A stretch of DNA of 64,000 nt from Dehalococcoidia bacterium (GCA_965200625.1 OZ241375.1:580051-644050); one strand, 5' to 3'. Numbered from the stretch's first letter, positions 1 to 9,502 are shown. Notes: generated by a model not told the origin, from the sequence alone. Numbers and translations are program-made.

Positions 1-399
1 GAGACGGTTCCGCGGCTGTATCCGCGAGTTCGCTTCCAGGCGCGCTACGAGCGTTCCCTGGAGCTGCTGCGCCGCGCGGCGGCCTGGCGTCCGCAGATTC
101 CGACCAAGACCGGCTTCATGCTCGGGCTGGGCGAGGAACGCGATGAGGTTTCCGCGCTGCTACGCGATCTACGCAAAGCCGAGGTGCAGCTGTTGACCGT
201 CGGGCAATACCTGCGGCCCTCGGCGAAGCATCTCCCCGTGGCGCGCTACGTCCCGCCGGAGGAGTTCGATGAGATCCGCGAGGAAGCGCTAGCGCTGGGT
301 TTCCGCCACGTGGAGTCGGGGCCGATGGTGCGCAGCTCCTACCACGCCGACGAACAGGCGCGCGCCGCTCAGCTCGTGAACGTCGCCCTGCACACGTAG
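1..399 (+). CDS. lipA: Lipoyl synthase, C-terminal fragment (5' end outside window)
   Basis: Frame 1 is open from base 1 (ETVPRLYPRVRFQARYERSLELL...) and runs into the listed 118..399 ORF. It carries the typical LipA C-terminal sequence: TKTGFMLGLGE, LTVGQYLRPS..HLPV.RYV.PEEF, GPMVRSSYHADEQ. Confidence 0.85.
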   Translation, partial: ETVPRLYPRVRFQARYERSLELLRRAAAWRPQIPTKTGFMLGLGEERDEVSALLRDLRKAEVQLLTVGQYLRPSAKHLPVARYVPPEEFDEIREEALALGFRHVESGPMVRSSYHADEQARAAQLVNVALHT

Positions 400-422
400 G
401 CAGACAGCCGGCGCTGGCCGGG

Positions 423-1385
423 TCAGGACTCTTCCTCGGCTTCGCCGGCCTCGCCGTCCTCAGTGACCTCGCTGACCTCGCTCACCTCACTGGCCTCGCT
501 CACCTCACTGGCCTGATCGTCTGCAACGGGTTCGTCCTCGCTGGCGCTCTGTGCACTGGCGCTCTCTTCACTGGTCTCTTCGCTGAGCAGCGGGACGCGC
601 AGGGTGTCGCCGGGCTGGATGACGCTGTTGGCGTCGAGATCGTTCAGGCCCATGAGCACGTCCACGTCGGTGTTGTACCGCTCGGCAATGCCCCAGAGGC
701 TGTCCCCGGCTTCGACGACGTACTCGAACGTCGGGATCGGCTCCGGCACCTGAGCCACCGCCTCTGCCGCTTCCTCTTCCTCTGCCGGAGTCGCCGGCCG
801 CACCTCCGAGACGGCGATCGGCCTGACGGGCGCGGCTGATTGCTGCGCCTCCGCAGACGAATCCGCTGCGTCTGTGTCGGTTTGGGCGTTGGAAGCCGCC
901 GGGGGGGTCGTTGTGGTCTCGTCTGAACGGAATTGCACAGCGGTGGGCGGATCCACCTGAGGCGTTCCCTGCTCGGCGTCGCTGCGGCGGTCGATGGCCG
1001 AGACGTCCTGGTCGAGGGTCACCACGGTCTCGGTCGGAGTGTCTGGGGCGCTGATCGCGCCGCCCACGAACAGGAGGATCGCCAGCGCCGCGATCGGAGC
1101 CAGCACGACAGCAAGCGGGACGCCCGGAGGAGCCGGCCGCGCGGCGGCGTAGGCCGGGCCGCTGAGGCCGTACGCCCCGACCTGAGGCAAGGTGGATTGC
1201 TCGGCCGGGCCGGTCTGCTCGGAGAGGAACCGATCTCGCCACCAGATCCTCGCCGCGGCCAACGCGGTGAGGACGCCGACGGCCAGCAGCCAAAGGCCGG
1301 TACCGGGCCAGGTGAGACTCAGGACGAGGAGCAGCAGGAACGCAAGGGAGGCAGCCGCCGCCGCCGGTTTGAGATCTACGCGCAT
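423..1385 (-). CDS. Membrane-anchored LysM domain protein with acidic repeat tail
   Basis: The N-terminus has hydrophobic helices (LAFLLLLVLSL, LWLLAVGVLTALAAA; a later LAVVLAPIAALAILLFVGG). The C-terminal part has a LysM motif (YVVEAGDSLWGIAERYNTDVDVLMGLNDL....IQPGDTLRVP), followed by an SE/VSE acidic repeat. Confidence 0.7.
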   Translation of the reverse strand: MRVDLKPAAAAASLAFLLLLVLSLTWPGTGLWLLAVGVLTALAAARIWWRDRFLSEQTGPAEQSTLPQVGAYGLSGPAYAAARPAPPGVPLAVVLAPIAALAILLFVGGAISAPDTPTETVVTLDQDVSAIDRRSDAEQGTPQVDPPTAVQFRSDETTTTPPAASNAQTDTDAADSSAEAQQSAAPVRPIAVSEVRPATPAEEEEAAEAVAQVPEPIPTFEYVVEAGDSLWGIAERYNTDVDVLMGLNDLDANSVIQPGDTLRVPLLSEETSEESASAQSASEDEPVADDQASEVSEASEVSEVSEVTEDGEAGEAEEES

Positions 1386-1578
1386 AATGGTGGTGGCCGC
1401 GCCGCCGAAGCACCGACAACATCACTCTAGCCCACGTGGGCGGCGCCGGCATCGATACCGGTTGCGCGGGGAAGAAGTGTGAGTCTACGCGTACAGGTCG
1501 CGTACACTCGCAGAAACGCGCTGGCAGACGCGCTTCGCCGGGGGCGGAGCGTCGGTGGCGTGAGGAGAGTGCAACGCG

Positions 1579-2865
1579 ATGACGCAGACGCAGTCCGATA
1601 CGCCGTCGCTGAGTGAGTTGGCGAATGCCGCTGGCCTGCGCCTGGAGGAAATGGACGGTCACCAACGCGAGGTCGGCTCGCCCGACCTGTTCGAGCGCGT
1701 CGCCCACTTCCAGCTGGCCGACCAGGCGCGCGCCGCGGGCCTGTATCCGTTCTTTCAGCCGATCGAGGTGAACGACGGCCCGGAGGCGATCGTCGACGGC
1801 AAGCGCGTGATCATGCTGGGATCGAACAACTATCTGGGCCTGACGCGGCATCCGGCCGTCCTGCAGGCCGCCCACGAAGCGCTCGACCAGTTCGGCCCGT
1901 CCATGACCGGCTCGCGCCTGCTCAACGGCACCAGCCCCGTTCATCTCGAACTGGAAGAGGCTCTGGCTGATTTCCTCGGCGCGGAAACGGCAATCGTGTT
2001 TTCGACGGGCTACCTGGCCAATCTGGGCGCAATCTCCGCGCTGATCGATCGGCACGGGATCTCGGTGCTCGACCGCGATGTCCACGCTTCGATTTACGAC
2101 GCCGCGGGGCTCGCGCTGGGCAAGTACACGCGGTTCCAACATAACGACCCCGCCCATCTGGACCGGGTGCTCACCAATCTCGGTCCGGAGCAGGCGCGGC
2201 TGGTCGTGATTGACGGCGCGTACTCGATGGGCGGCGACCTCGCGCCGCTGCCGGAGCTGCGCGAAGTCTGTCGCAAGCACCGGACGCGGATGCTCGTGGA
2301 CGACGCGCACGCGATCGGCACCGTCGGCCCGACCGGACGCGGCACGCGCACGCACTTCGGGCTGGAAGAGCCGGATGATCTGACCATCGGCACCTTCAGC
2401 AAGACGCTGGCGTCGGTTGGCGGCTTCTGCGCCGGACCGCGCATGGTGCTCGAGTACATTCGGCACTTCGCCCGCCCGATGCTGTTCACCGCCGCATTGC
2501 CGCCCGCCTCCGCGGCCGCCGCGCTGGCGGCGCTGCTCCTGATCGACGACGAGCTCTGGCGGGTCCAGCGCGTGCAGGAACTGGGTCAGCGGATGCGGCG
2601 GGAACTCACGGCGCTCGGCTTCGACGTGGCCAACTCGGCCACGCCGATCATCCCCATTCGCGTCGGCGACGAGGTGCGCACCGCCGCGTTCTGGCGAGAC
2701 CTGCTCAACAACGGCGTGTACACCAATGCGGTCATCGCCCCGGCGGTGCCCCGCGGCCAGGCCATTCTGCGCACCTCGTACATCGCCACGCATACCGATG
2801 AGCAACTCGACCGCGCGCTCCAGATCTTCGGCGAGGCGGGACGCCGCCACGGCGTGATTGACTAG
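1579..2865 (+). CDS. Alpha-oxoamine synthase family PLP enzyme (serine palmitoyltransferase / BioF / KBL-like)
   Basis: 428 aa. It has NNYLGL near the N-terminus, DDAH, and a PLP-lysine motif GTFSKTLASVGGF that resembles SPT-type GTFSKS..(V)GGF more than the KBL or BioF variants. Confidence 0.8.
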   Translation: MTQTQSDTPSLSELANAAGLRLEEMDGHQREVGSPDLFERVAHFQLADQARAAGLYPFFQPIEVNDGPEAIVDGKRVIMLGSNNYLGLTRHPAVLQAAHEALDQFGPSMTGSRLLNGTSPVHLELEEALADFLGAETAIVFSTGYLANLGAISALIDRHGISVLDRDVHASIYDAAGLALGKYTRFQHNDPAHLDRVLTNLGPEQARLVVIDGAYSMGGDLAPLPELREVCRKHRTRMLVDDAHAIGTVGPTGRGTRTHFGLEEPDDLTIGTFSKTLASVGGFCAGPRMVLEYIRHFARPMLFTAALPPASAAAALAALLLIDDELWRVQRVQELGQRMRRELTALGFDVANSATPIIPIRVGDEVRTAAFWRDLLNNGVYTNAVIAPAVPRGQAILRTSYIATHTDEQLDRALQIFGEAGRRHGVID

Positions 2866-2871
2866 AGCGCC

Positions 2872-3849
2872 GTGCGCGTCCTCCTGACCGGCGGCAGCGG
2901 TTTCGTCGGCGGCCACATCGCCCGCCGGCTCGCAGCCGAGGGTCATGATCTGCGCCTGCTGTTGCGGCGAACCAGCGATACCTCGTTCGTCGATCAGCTT
3001 CAGTTCGAGCGCGCGCTCGGCGATTTGCGCCTGCCCGAGAGTCTGGCGGCGGCCTGCCGCGGAGTGGACGCGGTCGTCCATGCGGCGGCGGTCTTGCGCG
3101 CCGTCCGCCAGGGCGACTTCATGCAGGCGAATCGCGCCGGCACCCGCAACCTCGCCGAATCGGCGGCCGCCGCGGGGGTGGAGCGGTTCCTCTACATCTC
3201 CTCGATCGCGGCGCAGGGGCCGTCGCCCAGCCGCGTCCCGGAACCGCCCGAGACTACCTTGCATCCGGTCTCGGCGTACGGGCGATCCAAGGCGGCCGGG
3301 GAAGACGAGGCGCTGCAGCAGCGCGGGCGGATGCAGATCACCATCCTGCTGCCGCCGCTGGTCTACGGCCCGGCGGACACCGGTCTGCAGGCGTTCTTCT
3401 GGCTGGCGCGCCGTGGCGTATCGGCGCGCCTCGGCGACGGCTCCAACCTCGTCGACGCGATCTACGGACCCGATCTGGCCGACGCCGTGGCGGCGCTGTT
3501 GCGGACTGAGCTGCCAGAGGTCTCGCGCTACCACATCCGAGACGAGGCAGGCCCGTACACCTGGAACGAACTACTCGCGGCGCTGGAGACGGCGGCTGGC
3601 AAGCGGCTCTGGATCCCGTCGCTGCCGCCGGCGGCGTTTCATGGTCTGGCGCGCTGCTCGGAGTGGTGGGCGATGCTGACCCGCAGCGAACCGATGCTCG
3701 ACCGCACGCGGGTAGTGGAGATGCGTCAGCCGGCCTGGATCTGCGACGCGTCGTCGCTGCGACGCGACACCGGCTGGCGCGCGGCGACCACGCTCGCCGA
3801 GGGGATGCGCGAGACGATGGCCTGGTACCGCGAGCACGGCTGGGTCTGA
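2872..3849 (+). CDS. NAD-dependent epimerase/dehydratase family protein (extended SDR)
   Basis: GTG start 6 nt after the upstream stop. It has the Rossmann motif LLTGGSGFVGGHIARRL and the catalytic Y..xK (SAYGRSKAAGE). Confidence 0.75.
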   Translation: MRVLLTGGSGFVGGHIARRLAAEGHDLRLLLRRTSDTSFVDQLQFERALGDLRLPESLAAACRGVDAVVHAAAVLRAVRQGDFMQANRAGTRNLAESAAAAGVERFLYISSIAAQGPSPSRVPEPPETTLHPVSAYGRSKAAGEDEALQQRGRMQITILLPPLVYGPADTGLQAFFWLARRGVSARLGDGSNLVDAIYGPDLADAVAALLRTELPEVSRYHIRDEAGPYTWNELLAALETAAGKRLWIPSLPPAAFHGLARCSEWWAMLTRSEPMLDRTRVVEMRQPAWICDASSLRRDTGWRAATTLAEGMRETMAWYREHGWV

Positions 3850-3862
3850 CAGTGGGAAGCGG

Positions 3863-4450
3863 ATGGACAAGCTCTGGTCATTCGACCTGGACGGCGTGCT
3901 GGCGGAGCCGCCGTTCGGCTGGAATCCAGCCGTGAACCGCGATGTCTCCCTGCAACCGTCGTCCGGCTCGAGCCTCGCTCCGCCGCCAGTTCCGCATCCG
4001 CCACAGCCCTGGGATCGATTCCTCAGCGCGACCTGGTACCGCTTCCGCTACGTGCTGCGTCCGCCGCGGCCGGACGCGCTCGACACCGTCCGCGCCGCGG
4101 CTAGCCGGGGGCGGGTGATCGTCCTGACCGGCCGCCACGAACGCGGCAGAGCGCAAACGGAGGCGTGGCTGCGGCGGCACGGATTTGCGGAGCTGATCAG
4201 TGCGCTGGTGATGAACGCCTCTGACCTGAAGTCGGCGAGATACAAGGAGGCCTACCTGCGCGATCGGGGCGCGGCGCTGCACCTTGACGATGATGCGGCG
4301 ACGGTTGCGCTGCTGGCGCGCGGCGGGATCCCGACCGCCTTGCTGAGCTGGCCGCGCAACCGCGGCTTGGAGTATCCGGGCGGCGTCACGCGCTGCGCCG
4401 ACATGGCGGCGGCGCGGCGGCTGATCGAGCGGCTGGCGTCCGATGATTGA
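3863..4450 (+). CDS. HAD-superfamily phosphatase-like protein
   Basis: N-terminal HAD motif I FDLDGVL, a later VIVLTGR, and a DD near the C-terminus (LHLDDD). It lies 13 nt downstream of the epimerase gene. Confidence 0.55.
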   Translation: MDKLWSFDLDGVLAEPPFGWNPAVNRDVSLQPSSGSSLAPPPVPHPPQPWDRFLSATWYRFRYVLRPPRPDALDTVRAAASRGRVIVLTGRHERGRAQTEAWLRRHGFAELISALVMNASDLKSARYKEAYLRDRGAALHLDDDAATVALLARGGIPTALLSWPRNRGLEYPGGVTRCADMAAARRLIERLASDD

Positions 4451-4799
4451 GCCGCTGGACATTGGCGCGCCGGCGGAACAGGTCTGGCGCTTGCTTCGGG
4501 ACGAGGCGCAGACGGGCGTTGACGGCGGCCGGGCGACCGTGCTCGCGGAGGCACGGGCGCGAGAACTGCTCATCGAAGTGCGGATGGGCGTCGGGTTTCG
4601 CGTGCAGCACGCCTACCGACTCGAGCGGCGGGGCGAGCATTGCCAGATCTCCGCGCGCGTCCGACCGCTGGGCTGGCGCTGGCGGCTCAGCAACATCTTC
4701 CTCTTTGGCCGCGGCATCCGCGCAATCGAGGCCGTGACGTTCGAAGGCCTGCGCAACCTCAAAGCCGCCGCCGAGGAACAAAGCGCCACTCCGCGGTAG
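4443..4799 (+). CDS. Small hypothetical protein, possibly SRPBCC/START-like
   Basis: Overlaps the HAD gene by 8 nt, which suggests translational coupling. The opening (PLDIGAPAEQVWRLLRDE) is like that of SRPBCC ligand-binding proteins, but the functional call is weak. Confidence 0.4.
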   Translation: MIEPLDIGAPAEQVWRLLRDEAQTGVDGGRATVLAEARARELLIEVRMGVGFRVQHAYRLERRGEHCQISARVRPLGWRWRLSNIFLFGRGIRAIEAVTFEGLRNLKAAAEEQSATPR

Positions 4800-4943
4800 C
4801 CAATGCCGCTTGGGAATCACCGCGCTCCAACGTTGTCCACAGGCAGTCTGTGGCCGTGTGGATAGCGGACGTCCGATCGGCCAGACCGTGTCTAGAGTGC
4901 AAGCGGCGGCCGTGGTCTTTCAGTTCCGAGTGAGGCGCTTGCT

Positions 4944-6344
4944 TTGTTGTTCTCTCCAGACAGGATCCGGGCAACTCATTTCCTGAGATTCGCTCTCCTG
5001 ACCGCAGTCATCGTGATGTCGCTTGCCGCCGGGACGTGGCTGCGAGGCGCGGGAGCCGAAGGGCCGGACGGCGCTGGCTCGCTCCTTGAGCAGGTCGTCC
5101 CGCCCGGCTCTGCGGCGCTCACTTCGAGCGCCGGCTTCAGCGAGAAGCTGACCGGCCGCGTCTACGTCTGGGATCAGGGCCGGCTGCGCCCGGCGGAGCG
5201 CGCGCGCGTCTCGACCGGGAGCGCGCAGGTCCGCACCGATAGCAGCGGCCGCTTCGAGTTCATGCCCGATGAGCGCACCGGCAACCTCGCCATCATCCAG
5301 CCCGGCTACGACGTCGTGCGCCGGCCGGTCTACTACGACCGGTCGGTGGTCGTGCTGCGCAGCCTCGTCGTGCGCGCGATCCACCTGCCCTTCGACGAAG
5401 TGTGGAAAGCCGAGGTTCAGGACTTCGTGCATGGGCTAGTGGACTCCGACCTGATCAACGCCGTCGTGATCGATGTGAAGAGCGAGGGCGGCGCTGTCTA
5501 CTCCCTGGCTGCGACCGACACGGTGCGCGGGATTGGGGCCTCGATCGAGAGCGAAACGGTTCCCGCGTTCCTGGAGGAACTCCGGAACAAGGGCGTCTAC
5601 CGAATCGGACGGATCGTGACGTTCCTCGACAGCTGGTACTCCGCCTGGTACCCGCAGAACGCGCTGCATCACGTTTCCGGCGGCCCGTTCTACGACGGCA
5701 TGGGCAGCCGCTGGTCGTCGGCGTACTCGCCGGAGGCGCGGCGCTACAACATCGAAATCGGCGTCGCCGCCGCCAGCCACTTTGAGGAAATCCAGTACGA
5801 CTACGTCCGTCTGCCTTACGAGAACCACCTGCTCGAACGGTACGAGGAAGCGGTGCGCGTCGAGGCGATCAACGCCTTCGCCGCAGAGGCGAGCGCGGCG
5901 CTGCACCTGGCGGGGGTCGCCATCTCGTTCGACACCTTCGGGGTCGTGTCCACGGCGGGCAACGACCAGGGCATCGGCCAGTCAGTGCCCGGCGTCGCGC
6001 CGCACCTCGACTACGTCTCCCCGATGGTCTACCCAAGCGGCTGGGGGCCGGGTTCCTTCGGCTACGAGTACCCGCCGGAGCATCCCGGGCCGGTGGTCTG
6101 GCAGAATGTGCAGGCGACGGTCGAGCTGATTGAGGACGACGTCACCGCGCTGGTGCGCCCCTGGTTGCAGGACTTCCACGACTATCAGGCCCGCGGCCTC
6201 TTCTACGGCTCGGATCGCGTCACGGCGCAGATCGAGGCGACGGCCGACAGCGGCGGGATTGGCTTCATGCTCTGGGATCCCTCGCTGCAGTACCAGCAGG
6301 CGTCGCTCGAACAGGCGATCACACTGACCTGGGCGCCGTTCTGA
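4944..6344 (+). CDS. Secreted/anchored putative glycoside-hydrolase-like (GHL/DUF4015-type TIM barrel) protein
   Basis: TTG start, so the start is uncertain. It has an N-terminal hydrophobic segment (FALLTAVIVMSLAAG). The core NAVVIDVKSEGG...YRIGRIVTF.D....IQYDYVRLPY....GFMLWDP resembles the putative glycosyl hydrolase domain family. Confidence 0.5.
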   Translation: MLFSPDRIRATHFLRFALLTAVIVMSLAAGTWLRGAGAEGPDGAGSLLEQVVPPGSAALTSSAGFSEKLTGRVYVWDQGRLRPAERARVSTGSAQVRTDSSGRFEFMPDERTGNLAIIQPGYDVVRRPVYYDRSVVVLRSLVVRAIHLPFDEVWKAEVQDFVHGLVDSDLINAVVIDVKSEGGAVYSLAATDTVRGIGASIESETVPAFLEELRNKGVYRIGRIVTFLDSWYSAWYPQNALHHVSGGPFYDGMGSRWSSAYSPEARRYNIEIGVAAASHFEEIQYDYVRLPYENHLLERYEEAVRVEAINAFAAEASAALHLAGVAISFDTFGVVSTAGNDQGIGQSVPGVAPHLDYVSPMVYPSGWGPGSFGYEYPPEHPGPVVWQNVQATVELIEDDVTALVRPWLQDFHDYQARGLFYGSDRVTAQIEATADSGGIGFMLWDPSLQYQQASLEQAITLTWAPF

Positions 6345-6362
6345 TCCTGCCGATGCAGCCCT

Positions 6363-7145
6363 CTAGATGCCGGCGCCCCAGCCGGCATCGATGAGGAAGC
6401 GGTTGAGCTGACCGTTGAACTCGGCCGCCCGCTCGAAGTAGACGCTGTGACCGGTGGCGGGGATCTCGTAGTACTCGGAACCCGGCACGTGGGCGTGCGC
6501 GGCCCGCATGATTGCCGGCGGAATCAGCGGATCATTGCCGCCCACGACCCACAGAATCGGCATCGCCAGCGCGGCGACCGCAGCGGGATCAGGCGCGAGC
6601 GCGCCGAGCGCGCCCAACAGCTGTGGATCTCGAGGCGGATTGAGCGACATAATCTCGTCGTAGAGGAATGCCAGCGCCGGATCGCGCTGGCGCAGGCTCT
6701 GGTCGTAGGCGAGCGTTGCCAATCCCTGAGACTGGATGCGCTGGCGGGTCTTCTGGAAGATCGGGGCGATCTCGTCCGTCGACAGGCCGCCGACCGTATC
6801 CGCCATGACCAGCGCCGCGACGCGCTGCGGCGCCTGGAGCGCCGCGCCGAGGCAGGTCCAGCCGCCCATCGACTGCGCGACCAGCGCCGCCCGATCGATG
6901 CGCAGCTCATCCATCAGCGCGAGCAGGTCGTCAACGAACGCCGCTGGTCCCGACCCGCCGGTGGGGACGCTGCGGCCCCAGCCGCGATGGTCGAAGGCGA
7001 CGCAACGGTAGGCCTTGGCGAAAAGCGGCACCTGCTGCCACCAGGAGAGGTGATTGCCGCCCGCGCCGTGAGCGAAGATGATCGCCGGGCCGCTGCCCGT
7101 TTCCTCGTAGTAGATGCCGCAGTGCGGTCGTTCCAGTATCGGCAT
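6363..7145 (-). CDS. Alpha/beta-fold hydrolase
   Basis: HG oxyanion motif (IIFAHGAGGN), nucleophile elbow (VAQSMGGW), and a C-terminal His (PATGHSVYFE). Confidence 0.8.
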   Translation of the reverse strand: MPILERPHCGIYYEETGSGPAIIFAHGAGGNHLSWWQQVPLFAKAYRCVAFDHRGWGRSVPTGGSGPAAFVDDLLALMDELRIDRAALVAQSMGGWTCLGAALQAPQRVAALVMADTVGGLSTDEIAPIFQKTRQRIQSQGLATLAYDQSLRQRDPALAFLYDEIMSLNPPRDPQLLGALGALAPDPAAVAALAMPILWVVGGNDPLIPPAIMRAAHAHVPGSEYYEIPATGHSVYFERAAEFNGQLNRFLIDAGWGAGI

Positions 7146-7234
7146 GATTTGCTCCCGCTCGCCAGCGCGTAGGCTGCTGATCCAGATGCGAGGCTACCAG
7201 CCGTCCGACGGCTGACCCGTTTCGGGAGTGCCGC

Positions 7235-8170
7235 ATGTCGACGATGAGAATCGCGCTGACGGGAGCGGAGCAACCGATCGGCGCGGTGATCGGCAGCGAG
7301 CTGGAGCGCCACGACGCGGAGCTCACGGCGCTGGCGCTCGGCTCCGCCGACGAGATTGCAGCGGGACTGGCAGGAGCCACGCACGTCGTCCACGCCTACT
7401 CGCTGACCGAGCCGGGGCACGGAGCCGCGGCTTACACGGAAGCCAATGTGCACGCGACGACCACCCTGCTGGACGCCTGCCGCCGGCGGGAGTTGGCGCA
7501 GGTGATCATCGTCTCCACGACTGAGACGTACGGTCGGCGGATGCCGCCCTGGCCGGTGACCGAGAGCTGGGCGCCGCGCCCGCTCGGTCCGGCGCTGCAG
7601 AGCCGCGTCGCGGCGGAGCGGGCGGCGCGGACTTATCGGCGGCGCGTGCCGCTCTCGATCCTGCGCCCCGCGCCAGTGATTGCGGACGGCGGCGGCGCGT
7701 TGATGACGGTGATTCGCCACTTCATCTCTCGACCGCGCGCAGCGCTGGTCGCGGGCGGCCGCGCGCCAGTGTCAGTGCTGGCCGGCGCCGATCTCGGGCG
7801 CGCCGTCTGGGCCATGCTCAGCCAACCCGAGGAAACGGTTGACCGCGTCTTTCACGTCACCTCGGCCCACACGACCTGGCGCGATCTCGCGGTCGAGGCG
7901 TGCCAGCTGCGTGGGATCGAAGAACGGTTCTGGAACGCGCCGCACCTGTTCGCGCGCGGCCTCGCCGCCCTGCGACTGTCTGGCTGGGTGCTGCCGGAGC
8001 CGGAGGGCGTGGACTCCTACACCGCGCTGACCGGGCTGCCGCACCTGATCGACGACTCGCGGGCGCGGGTGACGCTCGGCTACGCGCCGCTGCTCGGAGT
8101 CCGCGCGGCGCTGGCGCAGGCGCTGGACGTCTATCGGCGGTCGCCGAGCGACGCCGAGAGGAGTGGCTAG
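7235..8170 (+). CDS. NAD(P)-binding Rossmann-fold (atypical SDR/epimerase-like) protein
   Basis: The N-terminus RIALTGAEQPIGAVIGSEL is a degenerate GxxGxxG, and the overall length and pattern match atypical SDRs. No clear catalytic YxxxK was seen. Confidence 0.45.
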   Translation: MSTMRIALTGAEQPIGAVIGSELERHDAELTALALGSADEIAAGLAGATHVVHAYSLTEPGHGAAAYTEANVHATTTLLDACRRRELAQVIIVSTTETYGRRMPPWPVTESWAPRPLGPALQSRVAAERAARTYRRRVPLSILRPAPVIADGGGALMTVIRHFISRPRAALVAGGRAPVSVLAGADLGRAVWAMLSQPEETVDRVFHVTSAHTTWRDLAVEACQLRGIEERFWNAPHLFARGLAALRLSGWVLPEPEGVDSYTALTGLPHLIDDSRARVTLGYAPLLGVRAALAQALDVYRRSPSDAERSG

Positions 8171-9324
8171 CCGACGGCCTGGACGGCGTCGGCCACCCGG
8201 TAGGCGAGGCCGTCCTCGAAGATGCTCGGCACGATGCGATCCGGAGTTGGGTCGGTAACGAAGTCCGCGATCGCCTGGGCGGCCGCGATCTTGTGCGCGT
8301 CCTCGATCTTCGGGATGCCACCGTCAAGCAGACCGCGGAACATGCCGGGAAAACCGAGCGCGTTGTTGATCTGGTTGTCGAAGTCAGAGCGGCCGGTGGC
8401 GACGATGGCGGCGCCCGCTTCGGCGGCCTCGTCGGGCATGATCTCCGGCGTCGGGTTGGCCATGGCGAAGACCATCGCGTTCTCGTTCATCGAAGCAACG
8501 TCGGCGACGGTCACTAGACCGGGGCCAGCAAGTCCGAGGAACAGGTCGGTCCCGGCCATCACCTGCGAGGTCTGAGGGATGCTGCCATCGGGGTTGTTGC
8601 GGAAGTCGCACCATTCGGCGGCTTCGCTCTTCCACGGGTTCAGATCCTCGCGGTCGGTGGTAAGCAGCCCCTTGGAGTCGATCAGCGCGACCTCTTCGCA
8701 GCCCATCTCGCGCAGGATCGCGCCGCAGGCGATGCCGCTGGCGCCCGCGCCGAGGATCACGGTGCGGATGTCCTTGAAGTCGCGGTTGGTGAGCCGCAGC
8801 GCGTTGATCACGCCGGCGAGCGCGACGACGGCGGTGCCGTGCTGGTCATCGTGCATCACCGGGATGTCGAGCGAGTCGTGCAGCCGCTGCTCGATTTCGA
8901 AGCAGCGCGGCGCGGAGATGTCCTCGAGGTTGATTCCGCCCAGCGACGGCGCAATCGCCTCGATCGCGGCGACGATGTCGTCAACCTCGCGGACGGAGAG
9001 CGCGATCGGGATCGCGTCAACGCCGGCGAAGGAGCGGAAGAGCACGCACTTGCCCTCCATCACGGGCAGCGCCGCTTGCGGGCCGATGTCGCCGAGGCCG
9101 AGCACAGCGGAGCCGTCGGTAATCACGGCAACCAGGTTGCCGACGCCAGTCATGACCCGCGCCAGCGAGGGATCGCGGGCGATCTCGAGGCACGGGGCGG
9201 CCACGCCGGGGGTGTACACAACCGAGAGATCGTCGTGGTTCTCGACGGTCACCTTGGAGGCATAGTCGACCTTGCCGCCCCATTCCCGGTGCATCTCGAT
9301 GGCGCGCTGGTCGTAGTCGCTCAT
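8167..9324 (-). CDS. NAD(P)-dependent malic enzyme (short, MaeB N-domain type)
   Basis: HREWGGK....V.....DLS.VYTPGVA.PC..I, GDIGP.AALPVMEGK and GAGASGIA are characteristic of the small bacterial malic enzymes. Confidence 0.85.
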   Translation of the reverse strand: MSDYDQRAIEMHREWGGKVDYASKVTVENHDDLSVVYTPGVAAPCLEIARDPSLARVMTGVGNLVAVITDGSAVLGLGDIGPQAALPVMEGKCVLFRSFAGVDAIPIALSVREVDDIVAAIEAIAPSLGGINLEDISAPRCFEIEQRLHDSLDIPVMHDDQHGTAVVALAGVINALRLTNRDFKDIRTVILGAGASGIACGAILREMGCEEVALIDSKGLLTTDREDLNPWKSEAAEWCDFRNNPDGSIPQTSQVMAGTDLFLGLAGPGLVTVADVASMNENAMVFAMANPTPEIMPDEAAEAGAAIVATGRSDFDNQINNALGFPGMFRGLLDGGIPKIEDAHKIAAAQAIADFVTDPTPDRIVPSIFEDGLAYRVADAVQAVG

Positions 9325-9502
9325 TATCCCGCTCTTTCTGAGGCCCGGAGTGTGCCGCTGGGACCGGCAATCGATATTTCTGCACTCTAGTCGCGGAAGT
9401 GAAATCGGTCACTAGGGGAGTCGCAAGCGGAACGGGCGGGAGCGCGGGAGCGGGCGACTTCCGTAGCAGCGGTTACACACCGTTAACGCGGGCGCCGCCG
9501 CC

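Noticed and set aside
568-3534. 988-aa minus-strand ORF, the longest in the track
   Set aside because: It runs antisense across three well-supported plus-strand and minus-strand genes (the LysM protein in another frame, the AOS enzyme and the epimerase). The translation is Arg/Gly/Pro/Ala-rich with no motif. This is a typical stop-poor antisense frame in high-GC DNA.
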